DNA of 40,959 bases from NCBI GenBank assembly GCA_029859455.1, contig JAOUDE010000001.1, positions 1 through 40,959 on the forward strand, in the 5' to 3' direction. The notes under the pieces are model-generated. The model was not told where the DNA came from, made no database searches, and saw nothing but the letters and a program-made list of their open reading frames with translations. Both the position numbers and the translations under genes were made by a program. This DNA comes from Ignavibacteria bacterium. GTDB lineage: Bacteria > Bacteroidota > Ignavibacteria > UBA10030 > UBA6906. Shown in pieces: positions 9,040 through 17,552 of the stretch (position 1 is its first letter; every line of letters starts with the position of its first letter).

Positions 9040-10178
9040 CAGCTTCCTTCTTCCCGAGTCGTCTGTCCGGCCCGCATTGACCGTGCTTCCCTGATCGATG
9101 GTTTTGGTGTGTGGAGATTGGAGCAGTCCATCCCCTTGACCTGCTGCACCAGCATGACCGAATTCTTCACCAGCTCTTTGACCGACCGTTTGATATAACG
9201 GCTTCGCTGGAATACGACCGTATTCTCCTCCATATCTTCCGCCGTCCACCCGCGGCTCCATCCGACAAAGTTGAAGGGGGGGAACATGAATCCCAGGTCC
9301 GTGAAGAATGTCGTCAGCTGGCCTGCGACCTGCTGAATATTGTCCTGCCCTCCGGTGATGATGAACGACGCTACTTTGTTCCTGATCAGGACCTTGTCGA
9401 ACAGTGTTATCTGGTTCTGAACACAGTTGAGCCGTTCCGCCATCTTGTAGTAGAGGGACGAGGCATTACCCCAGCGAATCGGGGTTGCGAGGATAACAAC
9501 ATCGGCCCAGAGGACGATCGAACGGTAGAGCTCCGTCATCCCGTCGTCAGGGTTCATCTCCGATATCGAGCATGGCCAGGTGCAGGCGGACTCATGCCGG
9601 CTGTAGTATCCTTCGCAGTGCCTGAAAAGAAGTTTGCGAAGTTCAACATAACGCGTGGCCGCACCGTGTTCCGCGGCGGCAATTTCCAGAGCACTCCTGA
9701 GCGCCGAGTCCGATGTTGAGACTCTGGGCAGCTCATCATTCATGTTGCTCGACGAGATGCCGAGGATATTCAGGGAGTCCGGGGTTGTCTGGTATTCGAG
9801 CTTCCTGAGATCAGCCAGAGGATCATCCTTGTGGGAGGCCTTGCGCGCCCTGGTCACAGGCTCCTCAGAAACGAAGATATGGCCATCCTCGATCTTTATT
9901 TCATAGACTGACTGCTGGTCCTCAAACCCGTGCGGAGCTTTTCCTGTCCGGAGGTGATACTGCCACCCGTGCCAGGGACATGCGACATACAGTTCCCCGT
10001 CATCCAGTTTCCGGACAAATCCCAGGCCGAGGTCACCACCTTTGTGCAGACAGGCGTTCCCCAGAGCCGTTACAGCTCCGTCATAATGAAAAAGCGCGAT
10101 CGGCTTCTTTCCGAGGACGACCCGTTTGTGCGAGCCTTCGGGCAGATCTGCCACCGGCATCAGTTTTTGAAATCCCAT
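9039..10178 (-). CDS. Fusion protein: N-terminal Rieske [2Fe-2S] domain plus C-terminal NADPH-dependent FMN reductase / flavodoxin-like (iron-sulfur-flavoprotein-like) domain
   Basis: Rieske ligands C43-L-H45 ... C67-P-W-H70 (codons 9969-10052). The C-terminal half has an FMN_red-like layout (NILGISSS..., HCEGYY..ACTWPC cysteine patch, ADVVILATPIRWGNASSLYYKMAERL). Confidence 0.8.
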   Translation of the reverse strand: MGFQKLMPVADLPEGSHKRVVLGKKPIALFHYDGAVTALGNACLHKGGDLGLGFVRKLDDGELYVACPWHGWQYHLRTGKAPHGFEDQQSVYEIKIEDGHIFVSEEPVTRARKASHKDDPLADLRKLEYQTTPDSLNILGISSSNMNDELPRVSTSDSALRSALEIAAAEHGAATRYVELRKLLFRHCEGYYSRHESACTWPCSISEMNPDDGMTELYRSIVLWADVVILATPIRWGNASSLYYKMAERLNCVQNQITLFDKVLIRNKVASFIITGGQDNIQQVAGQLTTFFTDLGFMFPPFNFVGWSRGWTAEDMEENTVVFQRSRYIKRSVKELVKNSVMLVQQVKGMDCSNLHTPKPSIREARSMRAGQTTREEGS

Positions 10179-10181
10179 AAT

Positions 10182-11900
10182 CTAATGAACTGTTTGGATC
10201 AGTTCCCGGGCGCCGGTCATCGCTGCGTCTGTGACCTTCGCTCCGGAAAGAAGCCGTGCCACCTCGCGAACCCGTTCCTCGGCATTCAGCTTCTTCAGAA
10301 CAGTTCGTGTCCGGCCGCCCTCTTCTTCCTTGGCGACGGCGAAATGTTCGTCGGCGAGGCCGGCAATCTGCGGCAGGTGCGTAATCACGATGACCTGGGT
10401 GCCATCGGCGAGCCGCTTGAGGCTCTGCCCGACCGCTTCCGCTATCCTTCCGCTCACTCCTGCATCGACCTCGTCGAAAACCACAAGCGGCATTCGGTCT
10501 TTTCTTGCCAGAATACTCTTCAGCGCCAGCATGACCCGGGAGATCTCCCCGCCGGATGCAATCTTCGCGAGCGGGCGGGGCTTTTCCCCAAGGTTGGCGC
10601 TGACCAGAAATTCGATCTCATCGATTCCTTTCCCTGTAAGCCGGAGCCGTTTTCGGCTGCGAACGACAACCTCGGAACCGTCGTCATCGTTTTCCGGAAC
10701 CTCGGTCAGTGTGTGATGAATCGAAAAGTCGGCGTGGGGCATCCCGAGCGTCTTGAGCGCCCGGACAACGTCCGGCTGTATCGTACGAATCGCCCCGATG
10801 CGCTTCTTTGAAAGAACCGCGGCGAGCTCCCCGCAACGGGCGGCCTGACTCGCGATTTCCTCAGAGAGGCGTTCCAGCTCTTTGTCGAGTGTCTCCGTCT
10901 GGCGGAGGTCGGCAGCAATCCGCTCTCTGTGTTCAAGCACCTGGTCGATCGACCCGCCATATTTCTTCTTCAGGAGGCTGAGCCGGCCAAGCCGGTCTCT
11001 CACCTCTTCCGCTCGCTCAGGACTGAAATCGATGCGGGACGTATAGTCACGGACAAACCGGGCAAGCTCTTCAAGGATCGCCCGGGCCGACTCGATCTCT
11101 TCCATTGCCGGAGCGAACGACGGATCAAACCCCGAAAGGTGCTTGAGCTTCTCCTGAGCTCGCGCGAGCAGATCATAGGCGGACGGCTCTCCTTCATAGA
11201 GAAGGGAAGACAGTTCTTCCGCTTCCGTCGCTATCTTTTCAGCATTGTCGATGACCCTCTCCTCAGCGGCCAGCTCCTCATCCTCATCCGTATCGGGCCT
11301 GACCTCATCGATCTCCTGCAGCTGAAACCGGTACAGGTCATTCCGTTCCCGGAGCTCCGATGCCTTTTTCTCTGCATCATCGAAGTCGATCCTCAGTTGA
11401 CGAAGTCGGGCCAGGGCATCTTCATACGCTGCGCGTTCACGGTGGGTCGCTGCACATGCATCGAGAACATCGATATGGGTGGAAGTCCGCAAGAGGGATT
11501 GATGCTCATGCTGGCCATGGATATCGACCAGCAGGTCACCTGCTTCACGAAGAAGGGTCAGGGAGACCGGGGTATCATTGATGAAACAGCGGTTCTGGCC
11601 CCCTGTTGTGAGCTCGCGCCGAAGGATCAATTCACGGGACTGGTCGAGTTCGTGATCCCGGAGAAAGTCGGATACGCCATTGTGCGTGCCAACCGCGAAC
11701 ACTCCTTCGACCACTGCCTTTGGAGTCCCGTTCCGCACGCTGGTTGCAGAAGCCCGTTCACCAAGGAGGAATCCAAGAGCACCGATAATGATCGACTTGC
11801 CTCCCCCCGTTTCTCCGGTGAGAATCACAAGGCCACCGGAGAAATGCGCGCTCAGCTCATCGACAAGGGCGTAGTTTCGTATGGCAAGCGATGTCAGCAT
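10182..11900 (-). CDS. recN: DNA repair protein RecN
   Basis: N-terminal MLTSLAIRNYALVD...LTGETGGGKSIIIGAL Walker A, a long coiled-coil middle region, and a C-terminal SGGE signature with LVVFDEVDAGVSG Walker B. Confidence 0.95.
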   Translation of the reverse strand: MLTSLAIRNYALVDELSAHFSGGLVILTGETGGGKSIIIGALGFLLGERASATSVRNGTPKAVVEGVFAVGTHNGVSDFLRDHELDQSRELILRRELTTGGQNRCFINDTPVSLTLLREAGDLLVDIHGQHEHQSLLRTSTHIDVLDACAATHRERAAYEDALARLRQLRIDFDDAEKKASELRERNDLYRFQLQEIDEVRPDTDEDEELAAEERVIDNAEKIATEAEELSSLLYEGEPSAYDLLARAQEKLKHLSGFDPSFAPAMEEIESARAILEELARFVRDYTSRIDFSPERAEEVRDRLGRLSLLKKKYGGSIDQVLEHRERIAADLRQTETLDKELERLSEEIASQAARCGELAAVLSKKRIGAIRTIQPDVVRALKTLGMPHADFSIHHTLTEVPENDDDGSEVVVRSRKRLRLTGKGIDEIEFLVSANLGEKPRPLAKIASGGEISRVMLALKSILARKDRMPLVVFDEVDAGVSGRIAEAVGQSLKRLADGTQVIVITHLPQIAGLADEHFAVAKEEEGGRTRTVLKKLNAEERVREVARLLSGAKVTDAAMTGARELIQTVH

Positions 11901-11917
11901 AGGGGAACGGTTGAAGG

Positions 11918-11946
11918 AATCTACCCAACTTCGGACAAAGTTTCAA
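11918..11946 (-). promoter_or_regulatory. Putative sigma70-type promoter for recN and downstream genes
   Basis: On the minus strand: TTGAAA (11946-11941, containing the TGA stop of the upstream MqnA-like gene), a 17-nt spacer, then TAGATT (11923-11918). It lies 17 nt upstream of the recN ATG. Confidence 0.4.
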
Positions 11947-12716
11947 TTTTCATTCTCTTCGTCCGGTGCACTGTACATGCGAACCGATGGGACATCACGG
12001 ATCATGCCGTGGTAGTGCGCGTAACGGAGGAACTCCGCTATCCCCTCCCGCGCCGGTTCATCGAGCGCATACTCACATCCCTCGAGGATCGTGAGCAACT
12101 CCGGCGGCCCCGGGAGCAAGTATTCGACCCGTCTGACCTCTTCTACCAGATCACTCTCGAGAAGGTATGCACGTCCGTCCGAAGCCGGAAAGTCTTCACG
12201 GACACAGAGCACCCCATGGACATATGGAAGCTGGACCATTTCGCCCCATGCTTCAACGAGATCGAGCGCGGCAGGAGGAGGCGTTTGTCCGGTTTGTCCG
12301 GGGAGCCACAGTGCTCCTTCCGCCTTCTCCAGCATCGTATCAACAGCGGCATCCACGATGGGAACGATCGACGGGCGGGATTCGAATTCCTCCCGGAGGA
12401 CAATCTGGGCCAGAACAATTTCCGAGATTCTGGAGGGATCGGCGGCCAGTGATCGAATCGTCCTGAGTCCTTCCCGGAAGCAGAGCTTGATGCCGGACAG
12501 AGAGGAAACGGAGTATCCGGGGAGGATCCGGTATTCAGAACTCTCACGGGCATATTCCATCGGGGAAACGAACGCGACATCAACCTCGCGTCGACGGAGC
12601 ATCCGTGCGACCGCATCGGTCGTTCCCCGGGCCACGGCGAAGGAATCGATCTCCTCAAGCAGGTGAATCAGGGGAATGCAGTGAGGAGTGTCCGGGATTG
12701 CAATACGGGTTTTCAT
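11943..12716 (-). CDS. mqnA: MqnA/MqnD-family protein (futalosine-pathway chorismate dehydratase-like, periplasmic-binding-protein fold)
   Basis: 258 aa from MKTRIAIP... Family-like blocks are VDVAFVSPMEYA..YRILPG, ...LAADPSRISEIVLAQIVL, LDLVEAWGEMVQLPYVHGVLCVRED and EGIAEFLRYA. The longer track start (12890) would overlap the upstream gene and its terminator. Confidence 0.6.
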   Translation of the reverse strand: MKTRIAIPDTPHCIPLIHLLEEIDSFAVARGTTDAVARMLRRREVDVAFVSPMEYARESSEYRILPGYSVSSLSGIKLCFREGLRTIRSLAADPSRISEIVLAQIVLREEFESRPSIVPIVDAAVDTMLEKAEGALWLPGQTGQTPPPAALDLVEAWGEMVQLPYVHGVLCVREDFPASDGRAYLLESDLVEEVRRVEYLLPGPPELLTILEGCEYALDEPAREGIAEFLRYAHYHGMIRDVPSVRMYSAPDEENEN

Positions 12717-12720
12717 AGAC

Positions 12721-12751
12721 AGAAAAGCCGGCCCCGATCGGGAGCCGGCTT
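12721..12751 (-). terminator. Rho-independent terminator after the lipoprotein gene
   Basis: Minus-strand hairpin AAGCCGGC-TCCCGATCGGG-GCCGGCTT (12751-12725), with inner CCC/GGG pairing, followed by TTTTCT. It sits 24 nt downstream of the stop at 12775. Confidence 0.75.
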
Positions 12752-12774
12752 GTGAATTGTTTCTACGATGAATC

Positions 12775-13758
12775 CTACCTGACGTCCTGTTGTGCTTTCC
12801 ACCGCTGATAGAACTCCAGCACCGCCCGTTCAATTTCGGTATCGCCGAACGGGGCATCCCCCTGACCGATACCATTGACGTCTGCTGCACCGCCGGTAAT
12901 CTGTGCAGTCATCGTCGGATTCTGAGGATTCAGAGCATCCCCTGACACCTTGATGACCGATGCCGTGGTCTGTGTAAGGGAAGCAAGGGTCGTGCTTCCA
13001 CTGAGCGTTGTATAAAGAACCGCATTGGGATCACTCAGGTTAATGCCAAACCCGAACGATGCATTCGCAAACGCTCCGCCCATCGGCGTGAATGAGAAGT
13101 TCCCTGTCATCAGGTCCTGATTCTCGGCAGACTGGAAGCTCATCACGACGAGGTCTGCATCGGTCAGCGACCGGGCATTGTACGCGATAAGGTCGAGTCG
13201 GTAGAAGGCCGAAGGGTTGTCGCCGGTACTGTACCGGACACCCCCAACACCCTGTCCGCTCACGGCATTCTCGTTATATGTTCCGCTGGCGCTGAAGTTC
13301 GCAATCGATGTATTCAGCGTCATTGTTCCCGAGCCTGCAATGCCTGTTCCGCCACCACCGCCGCCTTCTGAGACGACAATGCTGATAACGGTTTCAAGTC
13401 CGGAAGGGCTGTCGTTGCTGGCAGTCGAGGCATCCTCGATGGTGACGCTCGTCGTACCAACGGCAACCGGAGTGATCGTGAGCACTTCCATGTTCGTCCC
13501 GCTCAATGCCGCTGTCGCCACGGAGGCGTTCGGTGCCGTCTTGATGGCGTATGGCGGAGTACCTCCGCTGAGTGTTCCCACCGCTGCGGCGCCGCCCGGG
13601 GCAAGGTTCGCCGTGTTGTTCGGAAATGCAGGTGACGTGATCCCACCGCCGCCGAGACCAGGATCAGTCGGGTTTTCGTCATCCTTACATCCGGAAAACA
13701 CCAGACCAACACTTATCGCAAGTGATGCGACAAGAAATATTCGTGAAAGATTCTTCAT
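12775..13758 (-). CDS. Hypothetical lipoprotein with a probable Ig-like (Big_2-like) domain
   Basis: Preferred start is MKNLSRIF... at 13758, preceded by AAAGGAGGAACACCT (a strong SD). Lipobox VFSG-C, Gly-rich linkers, and an ...YAIKTAPNASVATAALSGTNMEVLTITPVAVGTTSVTIED segment resembling a bacterial Ig-like domain. Confidence 0.65.
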   Translation of the reverse strand: MKNLSRIFLVASLAISVGLVFSGCKDDENPTDPGLGGGGITSPAFPNNTANLAPGGAAAVGTLSGGTPPYAIKTAPNASVATAALSGTNMEVLTITPVAVGTTSVTIEDASTASNDSPSGLETVISIVVSEGGGGGGTGIAGSGTMTLNTSIANFSASGTYNENAVSGQGVGGVRYSTGDNPSAFYRLDLIAYNARSLTDADLVVMSFQSAENQDLMTGNFSFTPMGGAFANASFGFGINLSDPNAVLYTTLSGSTTLASLTQTTASVIKVSGDALNPQNPTMTAQITGGAADVNGIGQGDAPFGDTEIERAVLEFYQRWKAQQDVR

Positions 13759-13845
13759 AGGTGTTCCTCCTTTGGTTATGAGCGGCAACTTGACCTGCGG
13801 ACCCACGGGGGGCACTTCAGACAAAGGGTACCGAATCCTGTTGAC

Positions 13846-14187
13846 TTATGCACTGGTTTTCTGACGAATCGCCTTGGAGGCAAGCTCGCGCAGATAATAG
13901 AGTTTCGCCCTTCGGACTGCCCCCTCCTTCACACGCACAATTTTCGCGAGGCGGGGGGAATGAAGAGGAAATGTACGCTCGACCCCGACGCCTTCCGAGA
14001 CCTTTCTGACGGTGAAGGTCGCATTCATCCCGGCTCCATGCCTTCCGATCACCACACCCTGAAACTGCTGAACCCGTTCCTTGTCTCCCTCGATGACACG
14101 GACGTGCACATTGACGGTGTCACCCGGTACAAAGTCCGGTATGTCCGTTCTTAATTGCGTCGCCTCGACCAACCGAACCTTATTCAT
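13846..14187 (-). CDS. rplS: 50S ribosomal protein L19
   Basis: 113 aa. [31 protein letters not shown]...RTFPLHSP is canonical L19. Confidence 0.97.
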   Translation of the reverse strand: MNKVRLVEATQLRTDIPDFVPGDTVNVHVRVIEGDKERVQQFQGVVIGRHGAGMNATFTVRKVSEGVGVERTFPLHSPRLAKIVRVKEGAVRRAKLYYLRELASKAIRQKTSA

Positions 14188-14199
14188 GACATTTCTCCA

Positions 14200-14883
14200 T
14201 TATGACTGTTCCAATAAATCGCTTCTGCGTTCCCGCGTCCTTTTCGCTCGCTGTTCCGCACGCCACCGGTCGATCGCCTTATGGTCTCCCGAGAGAAGAA
14301 CATCCGGAACCTTCATACCCCGGAATTCAGCCGGTCTTGTGTACTGGGGACTGTCCAGCATATCCTCCTGAAACGAATCGGTCAGGAGTGATTCACTGTC
14401 GCTGATCACGCCGGGGACGAGCCGCACGACCGCATCGACCACGACAAGGGCAGGGAGCTCGCCCCCGGTCAGCACATAATCTCCGATCGATATCTCTCTG
14501 GTCACCAGCGTCTCCCGGATTCGCTCATCGATCCCCTTGTAGTGACCACACAAAAGGATCAGGTTTTGCTTCAAAGAAAGCTGATTGGCGGTCTTTTGAA
14601 CAAACGGCTCTCCGTCAGCACTTAAATAGATAACCTCATCATAGGAACGGTTCGACATCAGCTCCTCGATGCACCGGAACACCGGTTCCGGCTTCAGGAT
14701 CATCCCGGCTCCGCCGCCGAACGGCGTATCGTCGATCGTCCGGTGCTTGTCGACGCTGAACGTTCTCAGGTCGTGCACATGGATTTCGGCAAGTCCGCTC
14801 TCCCTCGCACGCTTCAGGATGCTTTCCTGCAGAGGACCTGAAACCAGCGTCGGGAAACCGGTGATAATGTCAATCCGGATCAT
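14200..14883 (-). CDS. trmD: tRNA (guanine37-N1)-methyltransferase
   Basis: [11 protein letters not shown]..., [17 protein letters not shown] and [13 protein letters not shown] motifs. Preferred start is at 14883; in-frame ATGs also occur at 14898 and 14901. 14-nt overlap with rimM. Confidence 0.95.
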   Translation of the reverse strand: MIRIDIITGFPTLVSGPLQESILKRARESGLAEIHVHDLRTFSVDKHRTIDDTPFGGGAGMILKPEPVFRCIEELMSNRSYDEVIYLSADGEPFVQKTANQLSLKQNLILLCGHYKGIDERIRETLVTREISIGDYVLTGGELPALVVVDAVVRLVPGVISDSESLLTDSFQEDMLDSPQYTRPAEFRGMKVPDVLLSGDHKAIDRWRAEQRAKRTRERRSDLLEQS

Positions 14884-15394
14884 GCTGCAGGAAACCATCA
14901 ATAAGTCTGACCACCATCACGCGTTCCTTCAGATCAACACTGCGAATGAACTCAAGAACCGCAGGCACCATGACCTGCCCCTTCCCGCTTTCAACAACAT
15001 ACACATCCTGACCCGGCAACTGCATCACCTCGGTCAACACCCCTAACGGCTCACCTGATTCAGCGACCACCCGGAAGCCGACCAGGTCATCGATGAAATA
15101 ACTCCCTTCGGGAAGAGAAATCCGTTCCGATTCCGGAACAAACAAGAAAGAACCGATGAATGCTTCCGCCTGGTTCCTGTCAATGCACCCCTCAAACCGG
15201 AGGCGGATACCCTTCTGTCCGACACGGACAGATTCAACCTGCTGTCGCGAAACCTCCTGATCGGTGGCACCCACGAATACTTCGTGAAGATCGGAAAACC
15301 GCTCCGGAAGGGATGTCATCGGTTCCACCACCAGCTCACCCTTGATGCCAAAAACCTTCACCACCCTGCCGATCGCACAGAGTGTCGTGCTCAT
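14870..15394 (-). CDS. rimM: Ribosome maturation factor RimM
   Basis: [19 protein letters not shown]-terminal barrel and a PRC-barrel-like C-terminus. Conserved position between rpsP and trmD. TAATG stop/start overlap with rpsP. Confidence 0.9.
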   Translation of the reverse strand: MSTTLCAIGRVVKVFGIKGELVVEPMTSLPERFSDLHEVFVGATDQEVSRQQVESVRVGQKGIRLRFEGCIDRNQAEAFIGSFLFVPESERISLPEGSYFIDDLVGFRVVAESGEPLGVLTEVMQLPGQDVYVVESGKGQVMVPAVLEFIRSVDLKERVMVVRLIDGFLQHDPD

Positions 15395-16014
15395 TATTCC
15401 GGCTTGCCGGTCTCCGCGTCCTTATCCGACTTACCCTCGGCGACCTCAGCTTTCGATGCCGCGGGAGCAGGGACCTTTTCCGGCTTGGCCGGTGGTGCTT
15501 CAGCCTTTGGCTCTGCGGCGGCCGGGGCTTTCTCAGCCTTGCCCGGTGGCGCTTCAGCCTTTGGTTCAGCGGCGGCCGGGGCTTTCTCAGCTTTGGCCGG
15601 GGCGGCCTCAGCATCCGGTGCTGCGGGAGCCTTGGCAGCTTTTCGGCGCGCTTTCCGCGCGTCCCTCTTCTCTGCTTCCCTCCGCCGTTTGGCTTCCTGC
15701 AGCATCTGCCACTTCTCCATCTCTTTCGAGATCGTCTCCTCGTCAGTTCCCTTTTTCACCAGGGACCACTTGATCCACGAGCCGTTTCTCTGCAGGAGGC
15801 TTCGGACAGTGTCTGTCGGAAGCGCTCCATGCCCGAGCCAGTAAAACAGGCGATCCTCCTGCGTGCTCACGAGCGCGGGGTCCTTCATCGGCTCATACCG
15901 CCCGATGATCTCCAGGAACTTTCCTGTTCTGGCTGCTCTGGAATCTGCAGCAACAATATGGTACATCGGCATCTTCTTCTTCCCTGCCCGCCGTAATCGC
16001 AATCGTACAGCCAA
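15394..16014 (-). CDS. rpsP: 30S ribosomal protein S16 with a long Lys/Ala/Glu/Pro-rich C-terminal extension
   Basis: The N-terminal ~90 aa are canonical S16 (AVRLRLRRAGKKKMPMYHIVAADSRAARTGKFLEIIGRYEP). TTG start at 16012-16014 with AGGAG 7 nt upstream. The C-terminal ~110 aa are low-complexity. Confidence 0.95.
   Translation of the reverse strand: MAVRLRLRRAGKKKMPMYHIVAADSRAARTGKFLEIIGRYEPMKDPALVSTQEDRLFYWLGHGALPTDTVRSLLQRNGSWIKWSLVKKGTDEETISKEMEKWQMLQEAKRRREAEKRDARKARRKAAKAPAAPDAEAAPAKAEKAPAAAEPKAEAPPGKAEKAPAAAEPKAEAPPAKPEKVPAPAASKAEVAEGKSDKDAETGKPE
15487..15594 (-). repeat. Two tandem copies of a 54-bp coding repeat inside the rpsP extension
   Basis: 15487-15540 and 15541-15594 are near-identical. 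They encode KAEKAPAAAEPKAEAPPG / KAEKAPAAAEPKAEAPPA. Confidence 0.9.
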
Positions 16015-16059
16015 TGCGTTTCTCCTCTCGAATGATTGAATCGTTACTATTCTGTTTTG

Positions 16060-17388
16060 TCAGGAAGGAAGACCAAGGCCCCTGAAGCGCCGCCCTTTCG
16101 GGCCCTTCCGTGTCAGCGTCTTCATCATCTTCTGCATCTGATCAAACTGTTTCATCAGCCTGTTGACGTCCTGAACCGTGGTTCCGCTCCCGGCGGCGAT
16201 TCGCCGCCTTCTGCTCCCGTTAATGATCTGTGGATGGTTCCTCTCTTTCGGAGTCATCGATCTGATGATCGCCTCAATCCGTACAAGAGCTTTCTCATCC
16301 ACTGCCGCTCCCTGCGGAAGTTTCGGCATTCCGGGGAGCATCCCCATGACCTGGTCCAGAGGACCCATACTACGGATCTGTTGCAGCTGTTCGAGGAAGT
16401 CCTCAAGGGTCAGGCGTGACTTCCTGAGTTTTTCCTCGAGCTTGACCGCTTTCTTCTCGTCGAACTGCTCCTGGACCTTCTCCACGAGCGTGACGACATC
16501 ACCCATCCCGAGGATCCGCGACGCCATCCGGTCCGGATGAAAGCGCTCGAGTGCATCCAGCTTTTCGCCGATCCCGATGAACTTGATTGGCTTACCGACC
16601 GTTGCGCGGAGGGAAAGGGCTGCCCCTCCTCGTGCGTCACCATCCATCTTGGTCAGGACGGCCCCATCGAAATTCAAAAGGTCGTTGAAAGCCCTGGCCG
16701 TGTTCACAGCATCCTGACCGGTCATCGCATCGACAACGAACAGAATCTCATGGGGCTTTGCGGCATCCCTGATCGCCGCAACTTCATCCATCATTTCCTG
16801 GTCCACATGCAGCCGGCCGGCAGTATCGACGATCGCGATATCGCGGGCGTTTTTTCGCGCATGTTCGATCCCCTTCGAGGTGATCGAAACCGCCCCGGCT
16901 CCCCGCTCGAGGTAGACCGGGATCTCAATTTCCTTCCCGAGCTTCTCGAGCTGATCGATCGCCGCCGGCCTCTGGACATCTGCGGCGATCAGCAGAGGGT
17001 GTCTCCCCTGCTGTTTCATCCAACGCGCATACTTCGCGCAAAACGTTGTTTTCCCGGAACCCTGCAATCCCGCCACCAGAATCACCGTCGGGGGCGGATC
17101 GGCATATCCAACTTCGGCACTGACACCACCAAGCAGTCCGATCAGCTCGTCATGGATGATCTTGACAATGAGCTGGCCCGGAGTGATGCTCTGAAGAACC
17201 TCGCGACCCAGTGCCCGCTCGCGCACGGATTCGATGAACTCACCGGTGACCTTGTAATTCACATCGGCATTCAGGAGTACCCGCCGGATTTCCCGAAGGC
17301 TCCCGGTGATATTCTCCTCAGTGAGTTTTCCTTCGCCGCGGAGTTTCTTGAGAACGAGGTCGAGCTTGCTGCTTAACTCTTCAAACAT
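16060..17388 (-). CDS. ffh: Signal recognition particle protein Ffh
   Basis: 442 aa with N domain, GTPase G domain (GLQGSGKTT, DTAGR, TKMDGD) and a Met-rich M domain. Confidence 0.97.
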   Translation of the reverse strand: MFEELSSKLDLVLKKLRGEGKLTEENITGSLREIRRVLLNADVNYKVTGEFIESVRERALGREVLQSITPGQLIVKIIHDELIGLLGGVSAEVGYADPPPTVILVAGLQGSGKTTFCAKYARWMKQQGRHPLLIAADVQRPAAIDQLEKLGKEIEIPVYLERGAGAVSITSKGIEHARKNARDIAIVDTAGRLHVDQEMMDEVAAIRDAAKPHEILFVVDAMTGQDAVNTARAFNDLLNFDGAVLTKMDGDARGGAALSLRATVGKPIKFIGIGEKLDALERFHPDRMASRILGMGDVVTLVEKVQEQFDEKKAVKLEEKLRKSRLTLEDFLEQLQQIRSMGPLDQVMGMLPGMPKLPQGAAVDEKALVRIEAIIRSMTPKERNHPQIINGSRRRRIAAGSGTTVQDVNRLMKQFDQMQKMMKTLTRKGPKGRRFRGLGLPS

Positions 17389-17438
17389 CGGTATCCCGGA
17401 GAAACTACACCCCTGCGTGCAGGGGGAAAAGGACCTTA

Positions 17439-17467
17439 AAAATAAGCAAAATCGGCTTCTGTTTCAA
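17439..17467 (-). promoter_or_regulatory. Putative sigma70-type promoter for the ffh-rpsP-rimM-trmD-rplS unit
   Basis: On the minus strand: TTGAAA (17467-17462), a 17-nt spacer, then TATTTT (17444-17439). The predicted ~44-nt leader contains a GC hairpin CCCCTGC/GCAGGGG (17411-17426). Confidence 0.35.
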
Positions 17468-17492
17468 TTCATCGGGGAAGGAAAAACAGGCC

Positions 17493-17527
17493 AAAAACAG
17501 CGGCACCGCCCGTTTGAGAGCGGTGCC
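17493..17527 (-). terminator. Rho-independent terminator after atpG
   Basis: Minus-strand hairpin GGCACCGC-TCTCAAACGG-GCGGTGCC (17527-17502) followed by GCTGTTTTTGG. It sits 26 nt downstream of the atpG stop. Confidence 0.75.
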
Positions 17528-17552
17528 CGGAACGACTGCCTCCGCAGGTCTG

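Noticed and set aside
9040-9261. N-terminally extended start choices in the ORF track: cysS to 9261, cobB to 1863, the phosphohexomutase to 32905, GT4 to 25554, the MqnA-like gene to 12890, the barrel gene to 7655, atpF to 21137 and the lipoprotein to 13824.
   Set aside because: The extensions overlap the preceding gene, a terminator or a predicted promoter. They add non-homologous Arg/Gly/Pro-rich sequence ahead of canonical N-termini. In-frame ATGs give family-typical N-termini or signal peptides.
10929-12452. A 507-aa plus-strand ORF running antisense across recN and the MqnA-like gene.
   Set aside because: It is antisense to two genes with strong family signatures and spans their intergenic promoter. 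It has no recognisable motif and an odd, Arg/Leu-heavy composition. This is the typical shadow ORF of GC-rich DNA.
15487-15594. A tandem repeat considered as a possible CRISPR array or minisatellite.
   Set aside because: There are only two directly adjacent 54-bp copies with no spacers. They are in frame within the rpsP C-terminal extension, so this is a coding duplication and not a CRISPR array.
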